Origin: the human T2T-CHM13v2.0 reference genome, Homo sapiens | NCBI RefSeq assembly: GCF_009914755.1 | Contig: NC_060943.1 | Strand: one strand, 5' to 3' | DNA: 64,000 bases | In this document: positions 1 to 22,276 of the stretch, in pieces | Layout: every line of letters starts with the position of its first letter | Position numbering within the stretch: position 1 is the stretch's first letter | Made by a program: the position numbers and the translations under genes | The notes under the pieces: generated by a model | What the model was told of the DNA's origin: nothing | Seen by the model: the letters and a program-made list of their open reading frames with translations, nothing else | Databases searched by the model: none

Positions 1-598
1 TGATGGTCCCACTTCAGCCTCCCCAGTAGCTGGGACTATTACAGGCGTGAGCCATACTGTCCCTGGCTACTAGGCCTTCATTATTGATGTGACATATGTA
101 ACAACTTTTCAAAAAGAAACAGTTGTATTTTGCTCAGTAGTGTATACTATAACAGCAATTAGAATAGTAGGTGGTGCTTAAACCCATTTCTAGAATATCC
201 TTTCCCTCTAAGGCACTGGTTCCTTAAACGTGGCTGCACATCGGGATCACCAAAACTTTTTTTTTTTTTGAGACTTAGTCTCGCTCTGTTTTTTTTTTTT
301 TTTTTTTGAGATGAAGTGAAGTCTCACTCTGTTGCGGAGGCTGGAGTGCCGTGGCGCGATCTTGGCTCACTGCAACCTCCACTTCCTGGGTTCAAGTGAT
401 TCCTCCCAGGATTAAGTTATTCTCATGCCTCACCCTCCTGAGTAGCTGGGACTACAAGCACGCACCACCACACCCAGCTAATTTTTGTATTTTTAGTAGA
501 GACGAAGTTTCACTATGTTGCCCAGGCTGCTCTCAAACGCCTGAGCTCAGGCAATCTGCCCCCCTCAGCCTCCCAAAGTGCTGGGATTACAGGCATGA

Positions 599-1025
<427 letters not shown>

Positions 1026-1261
1026 AGACTCCCATTTCTTAAAAAAAAAAAATCTGGATGTGGTGGCTTGTGCCTGTAGTCCTAGCTACTTGGGAGGCTG
1101 AGGTGGGAGGATCGCTTGGGCCTAGTTTGAGGCTACAGTGAGCTAGGATGGTGCCACTGCACTCCAGCCTAGGTGACAGAATGAGACCCTGTCTCAACAA
1201 AACGAAACAAAACAAAACACACACACGCAAAAAATCTAAAGTAAAGTTAAAACCAAATGAC

Positions 1262-1393
1262 CTGCCAAAGCTCCAGGCCAATGGCACCAATGTTCTCAAA
1301 TTCTGAGAGGTCATACTGCGTCAAATAGTCGGTATTCTTCATCTTACGGTGGAGCCAGACGTCTTTATGAATACCTTCTGGTTTCAGGCCATC
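1262..1393 (-). CDS. CALR3: CALR3 exon 7
   Basis: 132 nt, [10 protein letters not shown]...[10 protein letters not shown]; matches ORF 1247..1432. Confidence 0.95.
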
Positions 1394-1489
1394 CTGTATC
1401 AAAAAAACCATATGGAGTGGTCTCAATGACATGGGCAGCGGAGGGGCAGCCCTGGGGCATCCCTGGCATCATACAAAGAGGCCACACAC

Positions 1490-1597
1490 CTGGTACGGGG
1501 GCTTCTGGAGCATCGGCGCTGGCCAGTCCCCATCCAGGTCACCGTTCCAGTCGCTCTGCTTGCTGGTGCTGGCGTCCAGAAAATGCTTCTCCCAGTC
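1490..1597 (-). CDS. CALR3: CALR3 exon 6
   Basis: 108 nt, DWEKHFLDASTSKQSDWNGDLDGDWPAPMLQKPPYQ; donor CAG|gtgtgt. Confidence 0.94.
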
Positions 1598-1684
1598 CTT
1601 CAAAGACATGTAAGGAAAAAGTAAAATCAGTCAGATGCTCATATATTTGTTGTTGTTGCTTCTGTTTTTGTTTCTTGAGACTAG

Positions 1685-1969
<285 letters not shown>

Positions 1970-2201
1970 TGAGAAAGGAAATTATTAGATGCCAAGTGGC
2001 AGGCACAGGCTGGTGACCCCTGTCCCAGTGTCCCTCTCCCTTCTTCAGTTTGGTGGTCAGGAGGCCAAGTGCTTGGTGCTTCCAATCCCACTGAGGACTT
2101 CAGGGCAACACCACACTGCCTAGATTTTTCTCCCTAACCTGCCATATGACTTTAGCCCTTTCCTGCATGCTATGGAGAGGAGCAGCGGTGTGGAAACCTC
2201 A

Positions 2202-2528
<327 letters not shown>

Positions 2529-2741
2529 TCAAAAAATAAATAAATAAGTAAATAAATAAATGTTTTACGATACCTTCAGATGTGTAGAGATGTGGCTGGT
2601 CTGCAGTGTGTGCTCTGGGGAGGGCATTTGGTTCTATAATATTGCCATCGTGGCTACCAGCCATGCAGCAATTGTCCAGTAACTGGGTACTTACAAACTA
2701 CATTTGTGCACTTTTTAGAGTTGCCCAGGAAAAATTCACAC

Positions 2742-3690
<949 letters not shown>

Positions 3691-3974
3691 TGAAATGTGA
3701 CTGTACTATTGTAACCCTCATAGGGCAAATGATGACATGTCATAGCTCACAGTAAAAAATGAGAGTGCCCTCCTGATGGGGTAAAAACTTCAGGAAACCA
3801 GTTAAAGGAGAGAAGTATCTCCAATGGGCCCCCTAAACTGGAAACTGGAAACAGGAGGTATGTCTACAAAGACCCATCCCTGGCTCAGTTAAGTATTTTA
3901 TTATCAAAACTATTTTTTCTAAACTTAGTCTGGCAGGAGTTAACACTCATTTATTTGAATACAAGAGCAGTTAC

Positions 3975-4069
3975 CTTACACCTGATCAGTTTCTTGTTTT
4001 CGTGATACTTATTCTTGAAATGTAAAATAACATGAACTTTCTTGATATCAAATCCACAAATATCGGGTC
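3975..4069 (-). CDS. CALR3: CALR3 exon 4
   Basis: ttttgtag|GACCC ... TGTAAG|gtaact; 95 nt, GPDICGFDIKKVHVILHFKNKYHENKKLIRCK. Confidence 0.95.
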
Positions 4070-4361
4070 CTACAAAAAAGATTAGCTGCTCTCAATTTCT
4101 TTCCATAATGCATCACCGTAGAATAACCAACCCACAACCATTCTTTTTTTTTTTTTGAGACGGAGTCTTGCTGTCACCCAGGCTGGAGTGCAGTGATCTT
4201 GGCTCACGGAAACTTCTGCCTCTTGGGTTCAAGCAATTCTCCTGCCTCAGCCTCCTGAGTAGCTGGGACTACAGGCGCATGCCACGATGCCCAGCTAATT
4301 TTTGTATTTTTAGTAGAGATGGGGTTTCACCATGCTGGCCAGGCTGGTCTCAAACTCCTGA

Positions 4362-4598
<237 letters not shown>

Positions 4599-4890
4599 TA
4601 GCTGTGATTACAGGCATGTACCACCAGGCCCAGCTAATTTTTGTGTTTTTAGTAGATACAGGGTTTTGCCATGTTGGCTAGGCTGGTCTCAAACTCCTGA
4701 CCTCAAGTGATTTGCCTGCCTTGGCCTCCCAAAGTGCTGAGATTATAGGTGTGAGCCACTGCATCTGGTCACATGTGTGAATATCTTATTATTGTTCTTA
4801 AAGGACAATGTCCTGGCTTTCCACTCACTTTTGAGTGTGTTCTGAAGCTTATTTAAATATTCAAAGTGGCCTGCTAATCCCAGCACTTTA

Positions 4891-5130
<240 letters not shown>

Positions 5131-5215
5131 TTAAAAAAAAAAAAAAAGTGTGGGCTGGGCATGGTGGCTCACGGCTGTAATCCCAGAACTTTGGGGGGCT
5201 GAGGCGGGTGAATCA

Positions 5216-5546
<331 letters not shown>

Positions 5547-5982
5547 TCATGCAAATGTCAAGACTGACAATAACTGTGCTTCCCTTGTCCTCCTCCTTAA
5601 CCCCTCACCCTCAGCAAGCTCCCCTCACACTAATGGCTGGCGCTGACTCATTGCAACAAAGTGTCCCAATAGTAACAGAGTGGGTTTGAGTAAAATGGAA
5701 CTGTTGAATTAAAAACTGAAATACTAAGAAAAATTTATTTTAATCTTTTTTTGACCCCAAATTATGCTGCTTGGCAATTCAGATGTAGTAGACACATGCT
5801 ATATAGGGGTCTTTATTTATTTATTTATTTATTTCGGACAGGGTCTTATTCTGTCATCCAGGCTGGAGTGCAGTTGTGTGATCATAGCTTACTGCATCCT
5901 CAAACTCCTCGGCTCGGGGGATTCCCCTGCTTCAGCCTCCTGAGTAGCTAGAACCACAGGGGTGCGCCACCTCACTGGGTTA

Positions 5983-6367
<385 letters not shown>

Positions 6368-6468
6368 TCAAGTGATCCTCCCTTGATGTTTCAGATATCT
6401 GGGTGTTTTTTAGTTCTATTTTTATTTTTATTTGGTATTTTGTATCATTTATTTATTTATTTATTTGA

Positions 6469-6830
<362 letters not shown>

Positions 6831-7064
6831 TAGCCAAGATGGTCTCAATCTCCTGACCTCGTGATCCGCCCACCTCGGCCTCCCAAAGTGCTGGGATTAC
6901 AGGTGTGAGCCACCGTGCCCGGCTCTAATTTTGTATTTTTAATAGAAACAGGGTTTCTCCATGTTGGTCAAGCTGGTCTCAAACTCCCGACCTAAGGTGA
7001 TGCGCCCGCCTCTGGCTCCCAGAGTGCTGGGATAACAGGCGTGAGCCACCGCACAGAGCCCTAA

Positions 7065-7340
<276 letters not shown>

Positions 7341-7655
7341 TGAGTACCTGGGACTACAGGCATGTGCCACTATGCCCGGCTAATTTTTTTTGTATTTTTA
7401 GTAGAGATAGGGTTTTACCATGTTAGCCAGGCTGGTCTTGAACTCCTGAACTCCAGTGATCTGCCCACCTTGGCCTCCCAAAATGCTGAGATTACAGGTG
7501 TGAGCCGCGACACCCGGCCTGAGGTACATTTATTATTAAAGTTTTAAGTTACACTATACTTAGGTCTATTTCCTGTGGCCCAGTGTGGTCCCTTCCCAGT
7601 TCTAGCACAAATTTTAATCAAGTACCCCTGTTGTCAGGAGACATTTAATATTTTC

Positions 7656-7990
7656 TAGAGGTTTGCAGGCTTTTTCTATAAAGGCCAGATGGTAAAATAT
7701 TTTTGGCTTTGTAAGCCTAATGATCTCTGTCATGACAACTTAACTCTGCCACTGGTACTGGCGAGCAGCCACAGACAACATATAAATGAACAGAGTGAGG
7801 CTGCATTCCAGTAAGACTTCATTTATGCACACTGAAATCTAAATTTCATATAATTTTCATGTATCACAAAATATCATCTTGTATTGATTTTTTCCAACCA
7901 GTTAAAAACGTAAAAAACATTTTTAGTTCACAGGTTATATAAACACAGGCGGTGGGCCAATTTGGCCCACGGCCAAGGTTTACTGAGTAC
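7656..7990 (+). mobile_element. MER58B-like hAT-Charlie DNA transposon fossil
   Basis: TTTTTCTATAAAGGCCAGATGGTAAAATATTT...GCAGCCACAGACAA...GGCGGTGGGCCAATTTGGCCC, recognised from memory of the consensus. Confidence 0.7.
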
Positions 7991-8001
7991 TGAAGGATTC
8001 A

Positions 8002-8451
<450 letters not shown>

Positions 8452-8676
8452 CTACTAAAATACAAAAAAATTAGCCAGGTATGGTGGCACATGCCTGTAA
8501 TCCCAGCTACTCAAGAGGCTGAGATAGGAGAATCACTTGAACCCAGGAGGCGGAGATTGCAGTGAGGCGAGATCAAGCCATTGCCATTGCACTCCAGCCT
8601 GGTTCACAAGAGTGAAAACTCGGGCTCGAAACAAAAACAAAAACAAAAACAAAAACAAACAAACAAAAAAACTACA

Positions 8677-8913
8677 CAGGTTGAGCATCCCAAATCAAAA
8701 AATCGCAAATCTGAAGTGTTCCAAAACCCAAAACTTTTAGAATCAACATGATGCTCAAAGGAAATGCTCATCAGAGCATTGTGGATTTCAGATTTTTCAG
8801 ATTAGCGTTGCTCAACCAGTAAGGATAATGCAAATAATCCAAAATCCAAAAAAAATTTCCAAAATCCAAAACACTCTGGTCCCAAACATTTCAGATAAGG
8901 TATCCTTACCCTG
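8677..8913 (+). mobile_element. MER46/Tigger4a-like TcMar DNA transposon
   Basis: CAGGTTGAGCATCCC start, AAATCC-rich body, GATAAGGTATCCTTACCCTG end; 5' end duplicated (ACACAGGTTGAG at 8004) as the TSD of nested Alus. Confidence 0.75.
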
Positions 8914-9006
8914 CATGAGGGCAACATTAATGGTGAATAAATAACTTCTTCAGGAACACAACAGACTGGTACAGTTGCCTTTTTATATTAATTAGGCTTA
9001 ATAGTG

Positions 9007-9068
9007 CTTGGATCCGATACACTCAATACTACTACAAACCTTGGATCCGATATACTCAATACTACTAC
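9007..9068. repeat. 33-bp-period tandem duplication
   Basis: CTTGGATCCGATA(C/T)ACTCAATACTACTAC at 9007 and 9040. Confidence 0.9.
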
Positions 9069-9165
9069 CTTCACTACATTAGCAAAGTCTTAGTCTAAAG
9101 ATCCTGTGAAGTGGGAGGGTTTTCAAAGTCACTAGAAGTGGCTGTGTTGCACCACGTAAACTCAC

Positions 9166-9369
9166 CAAACATAATATAGTATTGCGATTTTCCATTCAGG
9201 TTCTTCTGGTCAATGTCTGCAGGAAAGACCTTAATGTAGCCCCCTCCACAGTCCATCTTCTGCTCATGTTTTACTGTGTACTGAATAACCAGAGTTTTCC
9301 CTTTATTGCTGAACGGTTTGAAGCGTGCAGAGATGGCATAGAATCGGCCATTCTGAGTGGTTTGCAGAC
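9166..9369 (-). CDS. CALR3: CALR3 exon 3
   Basis: 204 nt, GLQTTQNGRFYAISA...KHEQKMDCGGGYIKVF...YYIMF; donor G|gtgagt; matches ORF 9095..9379. Confidence 0.96.
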
Positions 9370-9562
9370 CTTTGAACAAAATATACTCATGAAGGATCAG
9401 GAATGACGCTGCGCTAAGTAACGCAGGAAGTTAAATCGATGTCCTTCCCTTACTCCCAAACATAAATGTCCTAACCATTTACAGTGATCTACAGTGCCAA
9501 CAGAGCATTATACAATAATGCATAATGGGTAGACCACTAGCAGGCACTCTGCTTCTATATAA

Positions 9563-9679
<117 letters not shown>

Positions 9680-9921
9680 TGAGTAGTTGGGATTACAACT
9701 ACAATTAGCCACCACGCCAGGCTAATTTTTGTATTTCTAGTAGAGATAGGGTTTCTCCATGTTGGTCAGGCTGGTCTTGAACTCCTGACCTCAGGTGACT
9801 GCCTGTCTCAGCCTCCCAAAGTGCTGGAATTACAGGTGTGAGCCAGCGTGCCTGGCCCATACAACTTTTATTTCACACACCTGGAAGTTTTTGTTCTTAA
9901 TATACCACTGTTATTAATTAA

Positions 9922-10125
<204 letters not shown>

Positions 10126-10313
10126 TAGCCAGGATGTTCTCGATCCCCTGACCTCATGATCCGCCTGCCTCGGCCTCCCAAAGTGCTGGGATTACAGGCG
10201 TGAGCCACCGTGCCCGACTGGTCCCTTTCCTAAACATTCTACTCTGCCTTTTCAGCATAAAAGGCAGCCATAGACAATATATAAATGAATGGACTGCCAG
10301 GCATGCTGGCTCA

Positions 10314-10942
<629 letters not shown>

Positions 10943-11854
10943 TGAAAGCAAATACAATTTAAAGCCTTGAGAGGCCAGGCATGGTGGCTCACATCTGTAA
11001 TCTCAACACTTTGGGAGGCTGAGCCGGGTGGATCACTTGAAGTCAGAAGTTCGAGACCAGCCTGGCCAACGTGGGGAAACTCCATTTCTACTAGAAATAC
11101 AAAATTAGCCGAGCGTAGTGGCGCGTGCCTGTGGTCCCAGCTACTCGGGAAGCTCAGGCAGCTGAACTGTTTGAACCTGGGAGATGGAGGAGCCATTGCA
11201 CCCCAGCCTGGGTGGCAGGGCGAAACTCCGTTTAAAAAAATAAATAAGCCAGACGCAGTGGCTCACGCCTGTAATTCCAACACTTTGGGAGGCCGAGGCG
11301 GGCGGATCACCTGAGGTTGGGAGTTGGAGACCAGCCTGACCAACATGGAGAAACCCTGTCTCTACTAAAAATACAAAATTAGGCCGGGCGCGGTGGCTCA
11401 TGCCTGTAATCCCAGCACTTTGGGAGGCCGAGGCGGGAGGATCACGAGGTCAGGAGATCGAGATCATCCTGGCTAACACGTGAAACCCTGTCTCTACTAA
11501 AAAAAAAAAAATACAAAAAATTAGCCGGGCGTGGTGGCAGGCGCCTGTAGTTCCGGCTACTCGGCAGAAGAATGGCGTGAACCCAGGAGGCAGAGCTTGC
11601 AGTGAGCCGAGATCGCGCCACTGCACTCCATCCTGGGCTACAGAGCGAGACTCCGTCTCAAAAAAAAAAAAAAAAAAAATTAGCCAGGTGTGGTGGCACA
11701 TGCCTGTAATCTTAGCTACTTGGGAGGCTGGAAGCAGGAGAATCATTTGAACCTGGGAGGCGGAGGTTGTGGTGAGCAGAGATCACGCCATTGCACTCCA
11801 GCCTGGGTAACAAGGGTGAAACTCTCTCTCAAATAAATACATAAAATAAATAAA

Positions 11855-12626
<772 letters not shown>

Positions 12627-12756
12627 TGATTCTCCTGCCTCAGCCTCTGAAGTAGGTGAGATCATAGATGTGTGCCACCATGCCCAGCTAATTTTTGTAT
12701 TTTTAATAGAGACGGAGTTTCGCCATGTTGGCCGGGCTGGTCTCAACCTCAAGTGA

Positions 12757-13085
<329 letters not shown>

Positions 13086-13156
13086 TGACTTCAAGTAATC
13101 CGCCTGCCTTGGCCTCCCAACATGCTGGGATTACAGGCGTGAGCCACCGTGCCTGA

Positions 13157-13393
<237 letters not shown>

Positions 13394-14090
13394 TGATCCG
13401 CTCGCCTAAGGCCTCCCAAAGTGCTGGGATTACAGGCATGAGCCACCGCGCCTGGCCTATTTTTCTTTTTAATACGAAAATTAAAATGAGAAAAAGTACC
13501 CACTAACCTTTTCCTTCTGAGGGGCATGGCCCTTGATCCTCAAATGCACTTGACTAGTGTCTATTAAGAGGGGCAATTTTGGTAATGCCTACTAATAACA
13601 CATTCATATAAATATAATCCAAAGAAGGTTAAATACCATTGCATATTTGACAGTGCTTCAAGTATGATTTTATTATACCAAATAAGCTGAATATGTCTCC
13701 TTGGACTTCAGGGGACCTAATACCAATAAAAGTAATAATAATGATAATAGGCCAAGCACCATGGCTCACGCCTATAATCCCAGCACTTTAGGAGGCCGAG
13801 GCAGGTGGATTACTTAAGGCCAGGAGTTTGAGTCCAGCCTGGGCAATGTGGTGAAACTCTGTCTCTAAAAAAATTAGCAGGGCATGGTGGCGCACGCTTG
13901 TAATCGCAGCTCCTCAGAAGCCTGAAGCAAGAGAATCACTTGAACCCGGGAGACGGAGGTTTGAGTGAGCCAAGATCGTGCCACTGCACTCTAGCCTAGG
14001 CGACAGAGCGAGACTCCTACTACCAAAAAAAAAAAAAAAGGAATCTTCGGCAATAAAGAAAGGAGAGAGGAGGCTGGATGTTGTGGCTCA

Positions 14091-14475
<385 letters not shown>

Positions 14476-14536
14476 CTAGAGAGGTTGCTATGGAAATGTA
14501 ACATTAGGCTCAATTTGGTCCTGATTCTACACTAAC

Positions 14537-14638
14537 CTTTATCTTTCTCTTTATGACCATAAAACTTGCCCGACGAAAGTCTAAAATGCCCAAATCGGGA
14601 GTCATTGGTGGACTGCAACCATCGGTTTCTCCAATGCT
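14537..14638 (-). CDS. CALR3: CALR3 exon 2
   Basis: ccccacag|AGCATTGG ... AAAG|gttagt; 102 nt, EHWRNRWLQSTNDSRFGHFRLSSGKFYGHKEKDK. Confidence 0.95.
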
Positions 14639-14824
14639 CTGTGGGGAAGGGGAAATAACACCGGTTAGAGGTGATAATGGTTAATTTGGGCTAAGGGAAG
14701 GGTGAAGGGGACCCTCCAGGATTCGAGGGTTCGCTGCCGTCGACCCCGTGGCGACTCTGGCCAGCCTTAGGGGGCGGAGATGGGGGAGCTTACACCTCCG
14801 CCACCACGGGCGTGGCCCCTTCAC

Positions 14825-14915
14825 CTCCGTCTAGAAATTCCTCTTGGAAATAGACGGTAGCCAGCGCCACTCGCAGCATGCATATGGCCCAGAGCTGGAC
14901 CAAAGCCCGGGCCAT
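14825..14915 (-). CDS. CALR3: CALR3 exon 1 coding part (signal peptide)
   Basis: ATG at 14915; 91 nt MARALVQLWAICMLRVALATVYFQEEFLDG; donor G|GTGAAG. Confidence 0.95.
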
Positions 14916-15140
14916 GGGGGTGTGCACTGCGCTTCCGGTCGCCGCCACCCCTTAGCTCCCAGCTCTCTCTGCGGCTCTTCAGGCGCGTCCCGAAACTACA
15001 ACTCCCGTCACAACTCGCGATTATGACCTGAGGGTCCCATTGGTCGCTGCGGCGCGGGGCACGTTGGGCCCGCCCCGGAACTACCGCTCCCATGACACCC
15101 CGCGATTGTGATTCGGGGCGCCATTGGTCTGCGGGGCGCG

Positions 15141-15161
15141 GTGCTTCCCGGGAGATGTAGT
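15141..15161 (-). promoter_or_regulatory. ZNF143/THAP11 (SBS) motif ACTACATCTCCCGGGAAGCAC
   Basis: Close match to ACTACAnnTCCC; similar plus-strand copies at 14995-15006 and 15080-15092. Confidence 0.7.
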
Positions 15162-15251
15162 CTCTTCTGCTCTGGCTCTGTTGCCCAGGGCAACCGCTCC
15201 TTCAGGCCTGAATGTGGCGGCTGCCTCTGCGAATGGACGGCGTGGGAAGAG
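15160..15251 (+). other. C19orf44: Probable non-coding exon 1 of C19orf44 (boundaries approximate)
   Basis: Coding exon at 19581 has an acceptor 1 nt before its ATG, so an upstream non-coding exon is required; candidate donor GAG|gtcggc at 15251 (alternative GAG|gtgacc near 15272). Confidence 0.5.
15180..15194. promoter_or_regulatory. RFX X-box, perfect palindrome GTTGCCC-A-GGGCAAC
   Basis: Matches the GTNRCC(N0-3)RGYAAC consensus at the presumed C19orf44 start region. Confidence 0.75.
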
Positions 15252-15489
15252 GTCGGCAGGGCTGGTGGGGAGGTGACCTGGCTGGGCGTCCGGGCTCGCG
15301 AGGGGGATACGGGGAAATGGGGCCTTCTCCGGGGCTGAGCTGGTTGGGCCGCTGCAGGATGGTCCCGCGCCTCAGTTTCCCTGTCTGGGGTCTATTGGAG
15401 CATGGTCCTGCGCGGGTCGCTTCATAGCTGGGGAGAAGAGCAGGATGGTCTCAGGGGCGCCAGGGTTTTCAAATTTTGGTTTGTTGATT

Positions 15490-17455
<1,966 letters not shown>

Positions 17456-17799
17456 GGTTTTTTTCTTTTTTTTTTTTGAGACGGAGTCTCTCTCTTTTGC
17501 CCAGGCTGGAGTGCAATGGCGCGATCTCGGTTCACTGCAAGCTCTGCCTCCTGGGTTCATGCCATTCTCCTGCCTCGGCCTCCTGAGTAGCTGGGACTAC
17601 AGGCGCCCACCACCGCGCCCGGCTAATTTTTTGTGTTTTTAGTAGAGACGGGGTTTCACTGTGTTAGCCAGGATGGTCTCTATCTCCTGACCTCATGATC
17701 CGCCCACCTCGGCCTCCCAAAGTGCTGGGATTACAGGCGTGAGCCACCACGCCTAGTCTGTTACTGGCATTTAAATGTTACTGAGCACTTTTTCATGTC

Positions 17800-17905
17800 C
17801 CACACAGAATATATAGGAATCCTATGAGGGTAGTAATTGTTATTTTTACAGATGAGCAGGCTGACACAGAGCGATTAAGTAACTTGCCCGGGGTCACACA
17901 GACCA
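17800..17905 (-). mobile_element. MIR fragment
   Basis: TTTTACAGATGAG...GATTAAGTAACTTGCCCGGGGTCACACAG core. Confidence 0.7.
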
Positions 17906-17998
17906 GGAAGTCTGCATTATTTCTGCCAGGCATATTTTTCTGTTCTCTGACCCCTGTGGTCAGTCCTGTGCTGGGCACTCCTAGTACAGGGTAGTTAA

Positions 17999-18300
<302 letters not shown>

Positions 18301-18483
18301 TGATCCACCCGCCTTGGCCTCCCAAAGTGCTGGGATTACGGGCATGAGCCACCGCACCCGGCCTGTAGTTTTTCATCTTTTAAAGTCTTTGTAATCTTCG
18401 GAAGCCTTTGTAAGTCTTGCAGTGGGTTGTTCATACTCTTTCAGGGGTATATGGGAACTCTGAGAATATGATGAAAGCTCTGA

Positions 18484-18702
<219 letters not shown>

Positions 18703-19524
18703 TAAGTAGCTGGGACTACAGGTGGTGCCACCAGGCCCGGCTAATTTTTGTATTTTTAGTAGAGACGGGGTTTCACCATGTTGATCAGACTGGTCTTGAA
18801 CTTATGACCTCGTGATCCACCCACCACGGCCTACCAAAGTGCTGGGATTATAGGCATGAGCCACCACGCCTGGCGCTTGACTAATTTTTGTATTTTTAGT
18901 AGAGATGGGGCTTTGCCATGTTGGCCAGGCTGGTCTCGAACCCCTGGGCTCAGGTGATCTGCTTGCCTTGGCCTCCTAAACTGCTGGCATTATAGGTGTG
19001 AGCCACTGAGCCCAGCCATTGGTAATGGTTCTTACACTAAGTGAAATCTGATTTTCTGGGGGCTTGTTAAATACAGGGATACCTCGATTTTCACACGTCA
19101 CCTTATTGCTCTTTCAGGTAATTTGTCTTTTCTTTTTTCTTTTTCTTTTTTTTTTTTTTTAGACAGGGTTTCACTCTGTAGCCCAGGCTAGAGTGCAGTG
19201 GCAGGCATGGTGGTGTGCACCTGTAGTCCCAGCTACACAGGAGGCTGAGGCAGGAGGATCACTTGAGCCTGAGAGGTTGTGCACCACCACGTCCAGCTAA
19301 TTTTTGTATTTTTAGTAGAGACGGGGTTTCACCATGTTTGCCAGGATGGTCTCAATCTCTTGACATCGTGATCCACCTGCCTCGGCCTCCCAAAGTGCTG
19401 GGATTACAGGTGTGAGCCACTGCACCCAGCCTGGTCATTTTCATTGTCATCCTTGGGCTTGAAGGGAAGACTGTGGCTGGGTTGCAAAAGACAGTGTGAG
19501 CTTTTGCCAAGTAGGAGCCATTGA

Positions 19525-20385
<861 letters not shown>

Positions 20386-20717
20386 TAATTTTTTTTTTGA
20401 GATGGAGTTTTGCTCTTGTTGCCCAGGCTGGAGTGCAATGGCACGATCTCTGCTCACCGCAACCTCCACTCCTAGATTCAAGTGATTCTCCTGCCTCAGC
20501 CTCCCGAGTAGCTGGAATTACAGGCATGCACCACCACGCCCAGCTAATTTTATGTGTTTAGTAGAGATGGGGTTTCTCCATGTTGGTCAGGCTGGTGTTG
20601 AACTTCCGATCTCAGGTGATCTGCCCGCCTCAGCCTCCCAAAGTGCTGGGATTACAGGCATGAGCCACCATGCCCGGCCGGTGACTGGCTACTTTTTTGT
20701 ATTTTTTTTTTTTTTGA

Positions 20718-21261
<544 letters not shown>

Positions 21262-21724
21262 TGATCTGCCCGCCTCGGCCTCCCAAAGTGCCGGGATTTA
21301 CAGGCGTGAGCCACCACGCCCAGCCTTGTGGAATTATTTTCTACTCCCAACATTATCTTACCTAAATATTGTACTGTGACTTTCAGAAATGAAGAGAGAA
21401 AGGGGATGCAGTAAGAGAAAAATGTGATACCTGTGGTCTTGGTCTCATGCTCCCCGCTAATTGCACTGTCTGTTTAACCATAAGAACTTTTAGGTATCAG
21501 CCAGGTATGGTGGCTCACACCTGTAATCCCAGGGTTTTGGAAAGCTTAGGTGGGTAGATTGCTTCAGCTGTGGTCAAGGCCAGTCTGGGCAACATGGCAA
21601 AACCCATTCCTACAAAAAAAAAAAAAAAATTAGCCAGGTGTGGTGGCACATACTTGTAGTCCTAGCTGCTTGGGAGGCTGAGGTGAGAGGATTGCTTGAG
21701 CCCAGGATGTCGAGGCTACAGTGA

Positions 21725-22276
<552 letters not shown>

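Larger units (their letters stand above)
14720..15420. promoter_or_regulatory. CpG-rich bidirectional promoter shared by CALR3 (minus) and C19orf44 (plus)
   Basis: High CpG density between head-to-head genes; ETS CCGGAAG (minus, 14932-14938), three ZNF143-type ACTACnnnTCCC motifs, two CCAAT boxes on minus (ATTGG 15039, 15123), X-box. Confidence 0.88.

Noticed and set aside
13590-13725. Possible ERV1 internal fragment
   Set aside because: Resemblance from memory only; too short to assign without a Dfam search
14789-14794. Alternative CALR3 exon 1 donor GT|GTAAGC 31 nt downstream
   Set aside because: Would frameshift; no evidence of use can be obtained from sequence alone
15013-15022. BANP/CGCG element TCGCGA
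   Set aside because: Only the 6-bp core matches TCTCGCGAGA; flanks differ, so not called separately
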